Positions 38,116 through 51,769 are shown, numbered from the whole stretch's first letter. The stretch: 63,484 bases of DNA, filler included, from Dicyema japonicum (GCA_011109175.1; 7 parts of 7 records of this genome joined end to end with filler, not necessarily neighbours in it), one strand, 5' to 3'. Translations and numbers: made by a program. Notes: a model not told the origin generated them from the sequence alone.

Positions 38116-40369
38116 ATGCTAAATTAAAAATAAAATTTGATAATCGAAGACTTTATTTACCTTTTCAAGTTCAAAGATGTAATCAGCGGCTCATGTGGCG
38201 TAATATTCTCGTAATCTGATCTTTTTAGGGAACTCAGACTTAACAGGTGTTATTGGTTCTGAGTATTACCACAAGGTTTGTGTGGTGAACTAATTGGGCA
38301 GATTCCGTCGGGACGATTGTATTGTGAAATTGTTGCCTTTCATATGGCGGCTGAATGTGGAGATTGGGTCTGTCTTAAAAATCTTAATTCTGTAACTCAT
38401 TGGCTGCCCTCTTTAATATGACTCGGACCTTGAGTATTTTAAAGTATTTAAAGTGTAAGAATGTCCTTTACAATGAAACCTTCGAAATACCGGTTTAATC
38501 AACCGTCCGTTTTAAGGCTGTTCATTCTACGCTTTGCTATCAACGACCACGCCCCTAGAATACCCAAGGTTTCAGCTCCGACGTGTTTGAAAACAAAATT
38601 TCCTCCTGGAAGTATGGCATTTCAATTTCTAACCTCTCCACCAATGTTTATCAACCTTCGTTCATATGAAAAAGATTTTCGCCCCGGTCAATAATTTAAC
38701 ACGACCAATCATAACTATAGTAATGTTACAAAGGCTTCACCTGCTCTTTTGCCGTCCTAGCAATGGCCGGTTCCCAAGACATGTCTTAGTAGTGGACGGG
38801 ATTTTGAAACGCTCACTTTAAGTGACTGGAATCCCATCATCTCTGGAACCTGTGGACTTAGATTGAGTAGATGGAAAACGCCTGGACGAGGTAACTGTCT
38901 TCCTTTTTAATAAAGGAAGTGCTTGATTTGAGATGGCGCTTGCATCAAAACTTTTTCTGTCGAGACTNCATCATCTCTGGAACCTGTGGACTTAGATTGA
39001 GTAGATGGAAAACGCCTGGACGAGGTAACTGTCTTTCTTTTTAATAAAGGAAGTGCTTGATTTGAGATGGCGCTTGCATCAAAACTTTTTCTGTCAAGAC
39101 TTTCAGGCTCCGCCTTGAAAACTGGAGATACTGCTCGAATTTCGAGAACTTCAAATAAGAAAATATTACTACGTTTCAACAAAATTATACGTACATTCCG
39201 TAGTCGTCGATACGAGTGGAATCTTCGGGCTTAAGACGGTCTCTTTTCTAAGATCGTTTGGGTCCATAACAATAAAAGCGAGTAACGCAGGATTTTTAAA
39301 TGCATAATGTTTTAAGACAATGTGGATATTGCCCATCATAAATGCATAGACCAGGAGTCGGAAAATATTTTTTGAGAAGAGCCACTTTTTGACATTTTTG
39401 AAAATTACGGAAAATTCAAGAGCCACTTTTTATTTTCTTACCACTTTTCCTAATCAAAAGCCAGGAGTCGGAAAATATTTTTTGAGAAGAGCCACTTTTT
39501 GACATTTTTGAAAATTACGGAAAATTCAAGAGCCACTTTTTATTTTCTTACCACTTTTCCTAATCAAAAGTCCAATAATTATTAAGGAAATCATTTCAAA
39601 AAAATAAAATTAATCAAAGTCTCATTAATGAGAGATTTCCTCATTTCATTCGACAGTTGTCTGATGTCTGTGTCGTAACAAGTCAATTTACTTGTAGGTT
39701 TTATCTAGATTTCAGTTTGTAATTTTGTTCCTTAACTTAGATTTGTTATAATCTATACGTGAAAAAATTGTTACCACATATAAGTGGACCCAAATTTTGT
39801 TAAAATTCCATCGGCAAAAAATTTTTTTCACAAGAATCATCTAAGAAACATAACTAGAATTTCCTGGTCATTCAAGATCTCGCGGAAAAAAACTGTACAA
39901 TAAGTGTGACTGTACAACATTAAGTCTTGAGATAATTTGATCTCGTTGGAGACTTTTTGGATACGTCTTGAGTTTGGACCCAATATATTCTTGTCTTTAT
40001 TTTTTAACAGGNNNNNNNNNNNNNNNNNNNNNNNNNNNNNNNNNNNNNNNNNNNNTTAATTAATTAANNNNNNNNNNNNNNNNNNNNNNNNNNNNNNNNN
40101 NNNNNNNNNNNATTTATTTTGAGAAAACAAAATAGAAATTTCAGGATACTGAAAATAAACGACGTTGCTCCACAGAACTGAATGAACTCTCCCACTTAAA
40201 ACAACCTCACAATTCAAAGTAGATGTGATTAGGAAATCCTTTTTTAGTATTATCTTTGATCTAAATATCGCACAATTAATTGAAGTCATTGAATAAATGA
40301 TTTGAAAATTTTATTTATTGTCCTTGTCGTCGGAAGCTTGACTCCTTTCACAGAAAATAGCTCCGCGTC

Positions 40370-40700
40370 TTAAATGGCCTACACTGGCCTAAGAAAATCA
40401 ACAACTTATCTCTCTACAGGCTCAGTAACTCGGTGTCAGCCAGCTGGGACACCATTGACGGCGCTGGAAAGTATTTGGGCCATCCTAAGAATGGACCCAA
40501 CTGCACCTGCCTACCAGGCCATGAAGAATACTTTTTGTCAGATGGACCAAAATTTCGTGGACGACCCCGAACAACACTGCGGCTGTTCTGCAATATAATC
40601 TAATCTGCGTGGAGAAAACCCTAAACAACTGTGATGATCTGGACGACCTCCGCTGGCAGGCCCAAAACGCGAAGGTGGAAAACGATGGTCAAGAAGGTCG
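40370..40700 (+). mobile_element. RTE C-terminal fragment
   Basis: RWKVFGHILRM.P..PA..AM, FRGRPRTTL, DDLDDLR. Confidence 0.7.
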
Positions 40701-41989
40701 TATCGTATGTGGCACGTGTGGGAATATGACTTTTTCTGTTCATGTTCCTACGGGATGTGCAAATAATAATCGTCGTCCAAATAGGAGTTCTCAATTAATG
40801 AAGTGTGTTATTGGTATGTTGGCATACTGGACGTCTTCCATAATTAATGTAAACCAGCTGAATTTACGTTCCTAGCTGAATTGTTATTTATTTTATTTTT
40901 TAAATGTCTTAATTTATCGAATTAAATACGATAAATTATTCACAAGTTTAGCACGTTATATTTTTTTCTTGTGTTGTGCATTTCTGTTGTTAATTTTTAT
41001 TTTATTTCTCTCATCAATGTTTTTATTTTTATAATATTTTCGTTTTTATTGTTTGAAGATAACTAAATTGACTACTGGTAAAATATCTTGGATAAAGTTT
41101 ATTTTGCAAGTGAATTTGTATCATTTTATCATTAATTAATCTCCATTCAAATGGATTTTTAATTAAATTGATTTCTTTCTATACTATTTTATTGTTTATT
41201 TTTATTTTTTTCCCATTTTATTGTTTTTTATAGTTGTAGTTCATTGTATTTAAATATGGATGCTTGTAATCTTGAGAATTTAAATAAATAATGTCATGTC
41301 CTGTAGCTCGATCTTAACTGTGGAATGTTTTATTATGAATGGATCAATAATCCATGGGATAAATAACTTTGAAGAGATCTATAATCGTGTTTTAAAATCA
41401 GTGTACATATTCTTAAGATCATATATAAACTTGTAAATCCTCGTCTTAAGAATATTTTCGATAAATTTGTAAATTGTGGCGACTCGTTACGTTCAATATT
41501 ATATGTGACATGGGCAACCTGTCCTTTAACGTGTTACTGTGGCAACTACTCAACAAATTAATACTATGAACTTTAAAAATTAATTAATAGATATTTAATT
41601 GTCATTTTTTTACACGATACATCAACACCGATTTTTCTCACCATTTGAAAATTCGATCTTTTTTTTTGTTATTTTCCAAAACATGTAACAAAAGACAACG
41701 TAAATTAATTGGGATGCCCAGCGGCAAGGAAGCAGTGTGCGTTGCCATTCGATCTATACATGAATACTTGGATTCGAATTTATCCAACATTAAAGCTGGA
41801 ACGTTCCGTAATCCTTTGCAATCCAAACCTTAATAAGATTAAAAGTTAATTTACAACTTTATCCCCTATGCCATAATTGTATTTACTACAATGCCCGCCC
41901 ATTTTCCTAACCTGTGATCTAGGATTATTAGGTCTTCCGTGAATATGTTGAATTTGGAATTTTTCACAAAGAACCAGGATGTCTGCATT

Positions 41990-42240
41990 TTTTAATTCAG
42001 TTCCATTTTCCGATTGTAGAATCTGAAAGGGACTCGAGATTTTTTGAAACCTCGACTCCTGACTGATTCATTAGTGGCCTAGCAAAAGCAAAACTAAATT
42101 GCTGGCGACAGAGAAATTCAATTTTGTTGACGCCTCCGTGAGACATCAAATGTAGAGAACGAGCCTGGGTCTCCATCTCTGCCAGACAGTCCGAAGGGAT
42201 TACAAGTTTTTCAATTTTCCCTTTCAAATAAAGTCTATGG
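41990..42240 (-). mobile_element. Integrase zinc-finger (H2C2) remnant
   Basis: LHLMSHGGVNKIE.LCRQQF. Confidence 0.5.
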
Positions 42241-42599
42241 ATTTAAACAGATTAATACTTATCATTTTGTTGACAAAAATGGGAAGCGTTTTCGACTAAC
42301 CGGCGTCGGCCTCGGGCATTCATATCCTCCGGGAATATCCCGATTAACGCTTCGTATTTGATTGTATTGTCAGAAAGCACGCTGTTAATATTAATATACT
42401 TTCAGACAGTGTTCCCTCTAAGCGAGTGGTAGCTATGCGCGCTGGGTACACTGCATTGTGCAGCGTTATAAAGTGACATGTGCAAAAAATTTTAGGGGGG
42501 AAAATTTTACAACTAAAAAACCAATGGTTAAAAAATAGGTCTAGTCAATAGGATATTCTCTTATCTTTTTTTTTTGTATCCAAAATTTGTATACTCGAT

Positions 42600-42920
42600 C
42601 AAGATCCACTGTATGCCCACTTGTTAAATAGAACTTGATTCACATGATCATCCCCAAATGGTCAATCTCAAGTCTATTACGAAGTTTCGTTTTGATACAG
42701 TTCATCAAACTAAATCCACGTTCAGCATCAGCATTCGACGCTTGAAATGTGCCACAAATGTCGCAATGGCTGAAAATTTCTTCTCCGCTAGTACATAGTA
42801 AATTACATCTCCAAATGTTTTCAAAAGCACCAGAGTGCAGTTTTTCTTTTAACATAAACTTGAGATCTGTATATTCCGACTGCAGTCTTATGAGTGCGAC
42901 TTCTGAAGAGAGTAAATTTT
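42600..42920 (-). pseudogene. hAT transposase dimerisation-domain remnant
   Basis: SNADAERGFSLMNCIKTKLRNRL; a CAGTGTTCC TIR-like end lies near 42406. Confidence 0.8.
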
Positions 42921-42924
42921 CATA

Positions 42925-43500
42925 TTTTTTCGCTAATCCAATCCTTTGTCTTAGCCATACTCCTTCTCTTTGATCCTTCTTCTTGGTGGCGGGATTCCTC
43001 CAAGTTCGCGCAGAACTCGGCCGTCACGGACCAACTGCTCCCGATGACTCGGCCGCAACAGGGGGTGAATCTATAGCGGTCCCCGAGGAAGGAATATTTT
43101 TTGGTTTTTAGTTTTTCCGCGTTTGCGGCAGCTGCTCCAGGTGTCTGAACCCGATTTAAGGAGGTTCGTGCTTGAATAAGTATCGACACAAGTTGCGTCC
43201 CAGACCAAAGATCTCCGGATGTGAAAGAGAAAAGGGTCATCCCGTCAGGTCTCTTTCCATCTCCTCGATCGAGACCCACTAGGTTCAAGCTGTGCTGGGA
43301 AGCCTGCAGCCTTCAGAGCTCTGACGATCACGTCGTTCAGAGCAGCGTGCCGTGGTCCTCTTCCGGCGCTTCTTCTGCAGGATAGCGGGTGCAATCTCAT
43401 CGCATCGACTGTTTTCCCGCAACGGCATCGGTGCTCCTGGCAAACGTCTAGTCCTAGTCTTTGTCCGATTCCAATTCTCGTTACTACAATGCACGCAACA
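42925..43500 (-). mobile_element. CRE-clade zinc knuckle and REL fragment
   Basis: [46 protein letters not shown]. Confidence 0.85.
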
Positions 43501-44224
43501 CTGACATTTGATAATCAGGACATGTTACAAGCATCTTGTCTAGCAGACAATATAACTTGTCCAATTCTCTTTCTGGTACATATTTTGATACATTTTTAAC
43601 ATAAAAATTCTTTCGGCCTGGTATGTTGGATCAATATTTCGCATTACCATATGGTATCTCTCCAACAACAGCTCTATAGCATCGGAGTTTCTTTCGGCTG
43701 CATACGTGAACCTCGCAGGTGCAAGCGTCTGCATCAACGCTACCTCCAAAAGTCAGGCGTTGCTTTACCTTTTTCATAACATGTTTCCCCAAAATTGAGA
43801 GCCATTTTGTCAATCTTGAGTTTAAATCCGTCCCCAAGTAGAGAATTACCAGTTTAAATCCGTCCCCAAGTAAGAGAATTCAAAGAAAACATTGACTAAT
43901 ATGATATCAGTTTTTATGATTCAAGTTAATTTCAATCTAAAGCTACTGATGATCGAGAAGACGTTGCCCCTCAGGATCGCAATGGATATTCTTTGGAACA
44001 ACCATTGCTTCTCCCGAGGCTCTCTCCGTCTTCTCGAGATCAGTTTCCCGATTTTCCCGACGAGTTCGAAAGATTTGTGCTCATGGCCCCGGAGGTTTCT
44101 ACAGATATTGGGGAGAAGATGATGTTGTCCAACAGGTTGAAATATTTCAGAACTTTATGTACCTCAGCCTTCTTAGCGGCTGAACCTGGGCTTATTGCGG
44201 TCATTAGCTAATTATTTTTAACTC

Positions 44225-45530
44225 GATATCTCTGAAACGGACTAACACCTACATAAAAGCACAAATTTACCTGTGAATGAGTGAGGCGTTTGATTGTATA
44301 AAAACACAGCTTTTCGAATGTGCTTTATCCACTCTTTCTTGTCATCCGAAGCCATCATTTTCGATAAACTCAATGAGATCGTCTGATTGAATCTTTTAAC
44401 AATCTCTTGACTCTGGGATTGTTGGTTCGTCCATGAATTTGAATAATTCTGTACTCTTGACAAAGTTTTTTGATATTGTAATTCTTCAACTCGGTTGCCA
44501 TTGTCTGATTGCAAGTATTTACAAGGCCCGTGGTCCATAAAAATTTCTAAAAATTTTTTCCTTTCAACATTTGCACATCGAATCGTATCATCCACAATCT
44601 GGCATACAATTGATGCATTCGGAGAAGAACTTAATGGTATACAATCAATAAGATAGCCGATTTGAGGATCCACTATTTTCCCAATAAGAACATTTACATA
44701 TTTTTCTTTACCAGCATCAGTCTCATCCACAATTAGAAAAATTTTTTCGTTACAATATAAGCTCCATGGGAGTAATTGAAAATTCATTGCAAATTCTTTG
44801 ATAATTCTCGAAGCTTCAAGTAGATAGATTTTTTTGATTAGGTATTACAACAACAATCAAATAATAATCGCATGGTTGAAAATTGATATTTTATTTTTTA
44901 AAAAATCTTTAGACGGAAAATTAAAAAATGACACAAAAGTTTACCAAAGTTGACATAAAAATGGAACAATTGAGAAAGTTGACCTAAAAAACTTTCAAAA
45001 TAAAAAAATGTATTTCTAGTATTTTTTATAACAGAATAATTATTTTTTGTCGAGTGACGTTATTGACTTTTGGTTGCCCTACTAATAACTAATACACTTT
45101 AAACCTTTTAAGATCAATCAAATCGACTTTAAACCTTTCATTATGTACATCAGAGACAATATGGCTCGAATCGTCATACTGTTTCAGTGGTACGGCAAAC
45201 TTGCATATATTGCATTCACTTACGACTTGACGAATGAAGTTTCGCTTGATTACAAAAAATCTTCTTCTGCAAAGTGCATCCAGAGCATTATGCCCACAAT
45301 GGTTTGTTTGGTGGATTTCTTGAGCAATGATTTTCATTTCTTCTGTGCTTGTTAAAGCAATAACAAGCTTTGTAGAGTCGATTAGTATTTCGTAAATATA
45401 GCTTTCCGTCAATAAGAATGAAATTTTCAGCTTTCTTTTTTATTCGGAACTTTTTAACTTTCGAAATATCCACGTCTTGCTGTTCAAGGATGAATTTCAG
45501 TTAGTTGTACTCTGGATTATCTTTAACAAA
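44225..45530 (-). mobile_element. Ginger-like integrase element with an internal hAT-like segment (about 44500-44800)
   Basis: HCGHNALDALCRRRF..C..CK, ERFKVDLIDL, LQSDNG, QSQ.IV.RFNQT; insert IVDETD..GK.KYVNVLIG. Confidence 0.7.
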
Positions 45531-45569
45531 CATCCTCATATGGGCCATAAGGCTAACATAATTATTTTA

Positions 45570-48054
45570 AAGCGAAAACATCATAATTAGTTTAAATAAT
45601 TCATTGTTTAAAATCGGCTCGCAGGATTGAGAGACAATTCCGCGTAAAACAGCCAGCGAGATCCTCTGAATAAGGAATGTAAATTTGGGATCTCTAGAAC
45701 GAAGGGTGCACAAACGGCCAAGTTTCTTGAGATGTGCAAAGGTCTTGGCACCGAAAACACAGGACGTCTCTACGGCAACAGCCCAAAAGTAAAAGCGTTC
45801 GCACAAATGACCGTACTTTGACAGTTTCGTGGATTCAGTCTCAGCAGAACCGGGCCGGCAAGCAGTGAAATTCAAGGCTCCTTGGCGAACGAGTCTGCAC
45901 AGGTAACGTCCCAAACAGGCTGTCTCCCAGATTCGAAAGCGAATATTGTAAAGCCGTCGGGACGTTTTGCTCCTTCAAAGTCAAGGCCCGTCGGTTTCAG
46001 AAATGAAGAGAAGCCTGATCTTTCCGGGGCTTTGTGAATTATTTTCTGTTGTTGTGCTGAGGAAATTTGTCAGCACTCATTTTACAAAAGAGAGGATGGA
46101 CCCCACAGGCGTCAAATTTATCACCACAACGGCAAGGGTGGTGTCTGCAAACAGGAAGTCCGAGGCGATTACAGATACCCAAACGGAGTGAATCCCTATT
46201 GAGGACGGTATCCAAAAGCGGAGAAGGAAGAACATTAAGCCAGGAGCCTGAGTATGGCTGACAGGCAGAACGGAAACAGGCCAGTCTGTGTTGGTCGAGG
46301 AGCGGTTCCAAGTAAGCTTTAGAACGATGGCAAAAAATTTCGTCCCAATCACGCTAAAAAGTGACATCGGAAAGGAGTTCATAATGATTTCGTTTCCATA
46401 GTGCAAGGGCAGAACCAATATCAGAGTCCAATGATGATTCAGTAGATTTTTCCAGAATCTTTTTGACAAGGAGATATGATCCAGAAGCCGAAGAAAGAAA
46501 GGCGAGAAGAGCCAAATCAAGATTGGAATGGAGGCCCAGACCTCCGAGACACACAGGGAGTATAGCCTGGGACCATCGAGTATCATCGAAGTGTATATTA
46601 GTAATTTTCTTAGCAGAACTCCGAACCGAGGAATCGCAAGATCCCAGAACTTGGGAAACATAAAACAGGCAGAGTTTCTTAGGATATAGATAATTTTTGA
46701 GATCAAAAGATAGTTCTTGAGGAAGTAGAACGAAAGATGAGTATTAAAACAATAAAGTGATTCATAAAAGGATGCGATAAGATTTTTTTGCGAGAAGGAT
46801 TCGTTTGGCTGAGTCGGCGAGAATCGGAGACCCCAAAATTTCCAGATCAAACAGAGGTGTCTGTCTCAACTGAAAAAGAAATCCGGAGAAACAAGAAAGA
46901 TAGTCCTTTAACAAAGATGACTCGACCAAGAGATTTACAATCTCAGACTTCCTGGAATTAATGACCAGACTAATGTTGGATAGAGCCGGAATAAGAGTAT
47001 CTATGTCTCTCAACAGAACATCAGGCGGACCGCCCAAGGTAGAATCTTCGAGATGCCAAAGATTTAGAAGTGATTCATTTAGCCGGGAAATAGAATCCAC
47101 GGCAAAGGCAAACAATAACGGGCCCAAAGGATCACCCTGCTGGACACCACAGGAAGAAGAAATGAAAGAACCTCCGGCGAACAAAAGGGATGGATGCGAG
47201 TATGAAAGCGAGATGAAGGGAAGTAAATGTGGAACACGGGCTTGACAAACCTCCAACAAATGACCGCGGTCTAGAGAATTGAAAGCATTGGTAATGTCCA
47301 GTTTCAATAAAATACGAGGAATATTGGATCGAGTGGAAGCGGCAACGAAACAACGGCAGGCGTGGACAGAGGACTCGCAGCCGCCGGGAACACCCACACC
47401 CAGCTGAATGGGCTGCAGTTCCGCGCCAATAGAAGGGATAACGGACTTACAACAGACGCGCACCAATAGAAGGGATAACGGACTTACAACAGACTTTTGC
47501 GAATAAACGACGAAAGACATTTCCAACAGCAATAGGCCTGATGCCACCATCTTTCTTGCCCAGGGCTGTAAGATTCGCGGAAAAGAACAGAATTCTAGCG
47601 TGATCGGAAATTTTGAATAAATTGCATATGTTAGTGCAAGCATTCAAGAGGCGATTCCCGGTATCACCAGTGTCAGAAATTAAGTCTCTCAGGTGAATAG
47701 GACGGAGACCGTCAATACCCCCACTACTGTTACCCGTAAAGGAGTTTAGGGAATCCAGAAGTTGTTTGGAGAAACAGAAAAGGGCAAACAGGAAGAATGC
47801 GCCAAATCAAGGGATGTCGGTTTACCAATAGGGTGCTTTTCCTTTAGAATGCGAGCAATCCGGGGTAATTGTACGGACAGAATCAGAAGAAGAAAGGAGA
47901 CGGACGCCGCACTGACATCGTGCGACATTAACAGGAGTTAATACAAGCCCGTAAACGTTTGGAAGAGTCCTTCAACGAGGGCTTAGCGTAATTTTATAAG
48001 AGAGGGAGACGGAACGAAAGGGCCATTCATAAACTGACTCATATTCTTTTTCAA
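45570..48054 (-). mobile_element. Long CRE-clade retrotransposon (RT, zinc knuckle, REL), frameshifted
   Basis: ALGKKDGGIRPIAVG, QLGVGVPGGCE, LKLDITNAFNSLDR, GVQQGDPLGPLLF, GGLGL, AVETS.VFG, QRISLAVLRG. Confidence 0.92.
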
Positions 48055-48154
48055 NNNNNNNNNNNNNNNNNNNNNNNNNNNNNNNNNNNNNNNNNNNNTT
48101 AATTAATTAANNNNNNNNNNNNNNNNNNNNNNNNNNNNNNNNNNNNNNNNNNNN

Positions 48155-48785
48155 CGAATACATTTGAATGAGAAATAAAGGTGATCGGCGGGATTCTTTT
48201 AGGTCTCATCGAGAACAAAGAGGGTCCATCCATTTTCTTGAAGGTTTTGTGACTTATACAGGTATAATACTTCATTAGTTTATTTAAGCTGTGTTGGTCT
48301 GTCTTTTGTTTCGAGGTGGAGTTTTCTTTAGGGCCAAGTCTTTTTATTGCCTTCCAGACCATCTGGACAGATTTATGAAATGGGAGAGAGCAGATTCGCT
48401 TTTCCCACTTGTTTGCTTCAGCTCTTCTGATCCTTTTTGAAATTTCATCATTGAGAGACTTTGTCTGGGATTTCTGTCCCAGGAGGGGAGGTACGTGTCT
48501 TTTCAAGCGGTTTCTTTCTCTGATTAGTGATTTGGTATTCTGATCCAAAAATTCGTTGTAGTATTTGAACCTTCCACGAGGGATGAATCTACTACGAGCA
48601 TCAAGAATTATTTTGTTCAAATGGTCGACGGCCTCATCAATAGAACAGAATATGTTCAAGTCAAAGCAAAGTAGAGCCTGGTCAACATGTTTTGAGTAGC
48701 CGTCCCAATTTGCTTTTTTGTAGTTGAATTTAAAATAATTTATAGAGTTTGTTCTAAATATTAAATTACTGAAATTCTCACACAA
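48155..48785 (-). mobile_element. LINE linker region between APE and RT
   Basis: NYKKANWDGY..L..IILDA..FIPRG..RERNRL. Confidence 0.75.
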
Positions 48786-48939
48786 AATTTATTACATAGT
48801 ACAGTATAGACGTCTAGTCCACCATTGAATCTACTTTTCTCTAGTCCACCTTTAGACCACTTATAGTGAAGTCAAGCGGGACCACAATTTTAAATCAATA
48901 AAAGAATAAATCTGCCTTCGACTTTAATTTTGAATTTTA

Positions 48940-50590
48940 ATTATTATTATTATGCACTTTTGCGATGCCATGACTCATGACAAAGCTTTGCAGCACAGGA
49001 AACAATAAGAGTTATTAATTTCTTCCATTTTCCTCTGTCCTGGGCAACGTCCCGTAAGGCGTCAGGGTCGTCCCCGTCTTTTAGTTGTTTCCCCACTCTC
49101 TGAAGGTCTCTATCCAGCGTAACCGGGAGAGTATTTTTCGGGCGCCCCCTGAAACGAGGTCTGTCTGCTTCGAAATAGTCCTCCATGGCAGTATTTGCAT
49201 GTGCCTCCAAATCCATTCTTAGAATGTGTCGGTATAGTCTCCACCTGTATGCCTTTATTTCTAGTGAGATAGGTTTGCTTGATGTCCTGGTAGCATTCAT
49301 GTCGAGAGAAATGAAATCCACGTCATCCGCATAAGCCACCACATCGATTTTTTGCTTCATAGTATGGTTTTAGGTCCCTCAATGCATCTTCCATGTATAT
49401 GACAAATAGTATGGGAGATAACGGATCCCCTTGAGGTGTCCCAGATATTGTTTCAAATGGCTTAGAGCACTTGTCCCGTACCCTGACCGATAGGTAAGTT
49501 TCTGATAAAGTACCCCTACCATCCAAGAAGAGGATTCGTCAAGGAATTCTGTGAGGACAAGCATCAATTTCTGACGAATGATTGAGTCAAAAGGTATTGA
49601 CAAATCGATTCCAAGAATGTTTGTCGCGTTTTTGAATTTTTGAATAGTGGAACAACGCCATCTATGGCTCCACACAATGTCAGAAGTCGACCTTTCTTCC
49701 TGAGAGCCGCTGTGGAACTCGGATAAAAATTGTTCCGTACGAGACTTTATCCTTTGTAGAGTAATAATTGCAAGCACTTTCCGTATGTTTCATAAGAATA
49801 ACTGGCCTGAGGTTCTCCACTTTTCCCTTAGCTTTGTTCTGTTTTTGGACAGGGACCAGTATTCCTTGTCCGAAAGGTAAGTGGTTGTTCGTTTTAAATA
49901 TTCTATTGAAGAGGTCCGCAATGAGGGTATGTAGGTTTTCACTTTCATACTTTAGTAGCTCTGGTTCTAGCCCGTCTGGTCCCGGACTTTTGTTGTTTTT
50001 AAGCTTAAGACAGGCTCGTCACACTTCTGCGGGAGTTATTTCCACCTCCAATATCCTGGGATGAACAGTAAATGCTGCAATTGTGTTGCTGTCTGAATTA
50101 AACATTTTCTTGAAGTGACAGGCAATTAATTCTGCAGTCTGTTATCCGTCTGCCATTTTCGCCGTTCATGATTAGAGGTTGTCTGCGTTTGCACCCACGG
50201 AGTAATCTGATCGCCTCATAGTACCTTCCATTGTCCTTCAGATCTACAAGTGCCTTGATATGTTCCTCATTCTTGTTCCTTGACATAGTGGAAACGTACT
50301 TTCTGATTTTCTTCTTGAAATTTGTTCTTTCACGACTAAGCTCTGCTTTGATGTGCTTGTCTTCAGTGTTTAAGTATTGAAGCCAAATAGATTTTTGCTT
50401 CTTGACAAGAATTGATATCTCTGTTGTCCCCCTTGGTGCTGTGCTTACCGTTTCTGTGTCTAGAAGCTGTTTGTCTGCTGCCCCTCGTATTAATTCTTGC
50501 AGTTGTTTCCGACTTTGGGGATTTATTGATTTATTTCAAAACAGCTCATCTCAATTGTATACCATATTTTTGAAGATTGAGGTCATTTAT
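48940..50590 (-). mobile_element. RTE element (RT to 3' end)
   Basis: KSPGPDG, QSGF..RSTSD..WSHRW, TPQGDPLSPILF, AYADDVD, FRGRPKNTLP; (TAA)n tail. Confidence 0.9.
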
Positions 50591-50591
50591 G

Positions 50592-50885
50592 CCGAGAATG
50601 AAGTTAAAGTGAACAACTAATTAAATGTATTCAGTTTCACTTCTACAGAAACAGAGTCCATCAGGAATCAACATAAATGGGTAAAAGACTTCAATAGTTG
50701 CAGTTGTGGAAACCACTCCAATGGAGTGGAGGAGAGCAAATGATCCTTTTTCGTGCCGGCCTGGCAATGGGCGCCACCTAGACAGATGGATCACATGACG
50801 CCACTCTAATAGGAAGAGAGAGGAAAAACAGACGAACAAAACAAACTTCAACCAATTAGCTACGAAGCACCACATGGCGTCACGG
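50592..50885 (-). mobile_element. Short non-autonomous retroelement with pseudoknot core, copy 2
   Basis: Aligns with copy 1 from the head motif through the 3' ...ttctcgg. Confidence 0.75.
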
Positions 50886-51500
50886 TGAAACCAAACTAAC
50901 TATCACGTTCCACCAAAATCCTCATCCTTTCCCGGTGCTCCTCCCTCGTGCCCACACAAGCTCGTACTGGGCGGCTGACTGTATTTGCAGGGCCACCTTT
51001 CCGCATGCCGGAGTTTAGTTTTATGAGGGCCTCCAGAGTAGTCGGTCCGGTTCTGTGTCTCCCACAAGTCCATTGCTCCGTGACTCTGAAAGCCTTCTTT
51101 TGTACGTCCTCGATTTTCTTAGTATTCGTCCATGATAATGAAGGTCCCCACGAAGCACACGCGTACGAGAAGCATGGTTCAATATATTGTTTGTAGATAT
51201 TCATCAAGACCGGGTGGATACCGGTCTTCCATATTCCAAATAAACATTTCAATACATTGATTTTCTTCTCGCACTTCAGAACAATGTTTGCCACGTGTGG
51301 TGACAAACATAAGTGCGTATCCAGTGTCACGCCCAGGATCTTTTGACATTTGCTGAAGGGGATTTCAACGTTGTCCAATTTTAAGGTGACAGTCTTCTTC
51401 CCCAACCTTTTGTCCGAAGTAAACATAAACGTGACCGACTTTCTGGAATTTACCGTGAGTCGGTTCTTCATTACCCAGTCGTTGAGTCGGTCCAGGTTGA
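50886..51500 (-). mobile_element. APE-type LINE 3' part
   Basis: ORF 50896-51471: KILGVTLDTHL, KKINVLKCLFG, EPCFSYAC.SW; ends tagttagtttgg. Confidence 0.85.
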
Positions 51501-51769
51501 AGTCATCAGTGCTTTTTTTATTCAGATTAATTTAAATTTAAACTAAATTAAAAAAAAATTAAACTAAATTTTATATTTAACCTTTGAGACTTAGTGGTTT
51601 CTGCAAGGACTAGAGTGAATTTGAAAAGATTATACCACAATTTAATTTTTATGTGGCAACCATTATTGAAATAACGGTTTTTGACCATAAATGAATATTT
51701 TTGTGGATGTAGAGGGAGGTGATACCAATACAACTGTAGTAGTTCTCGATTATAGATGAAATGCTTTAT

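Noticed and set aside
38836-39101. Near-exact tandem duplications of about 105-135 bp (also 36866-37092, 39351-39570, 54235-54470, 54600-54850)
   Set aside because: Two have a single n at the junction and most are near-identical, which is typical of unmerged scaffold overlaps. Treated as probable assembly artefacts, not CRISPR or functional repeats.
50621-50875. 84-aa ORF covering pseudoknot-element copy 2
   Set aside because: The frame is not preserved in copy 1 (indels and stops); conservation fits RNA structure, not protein.
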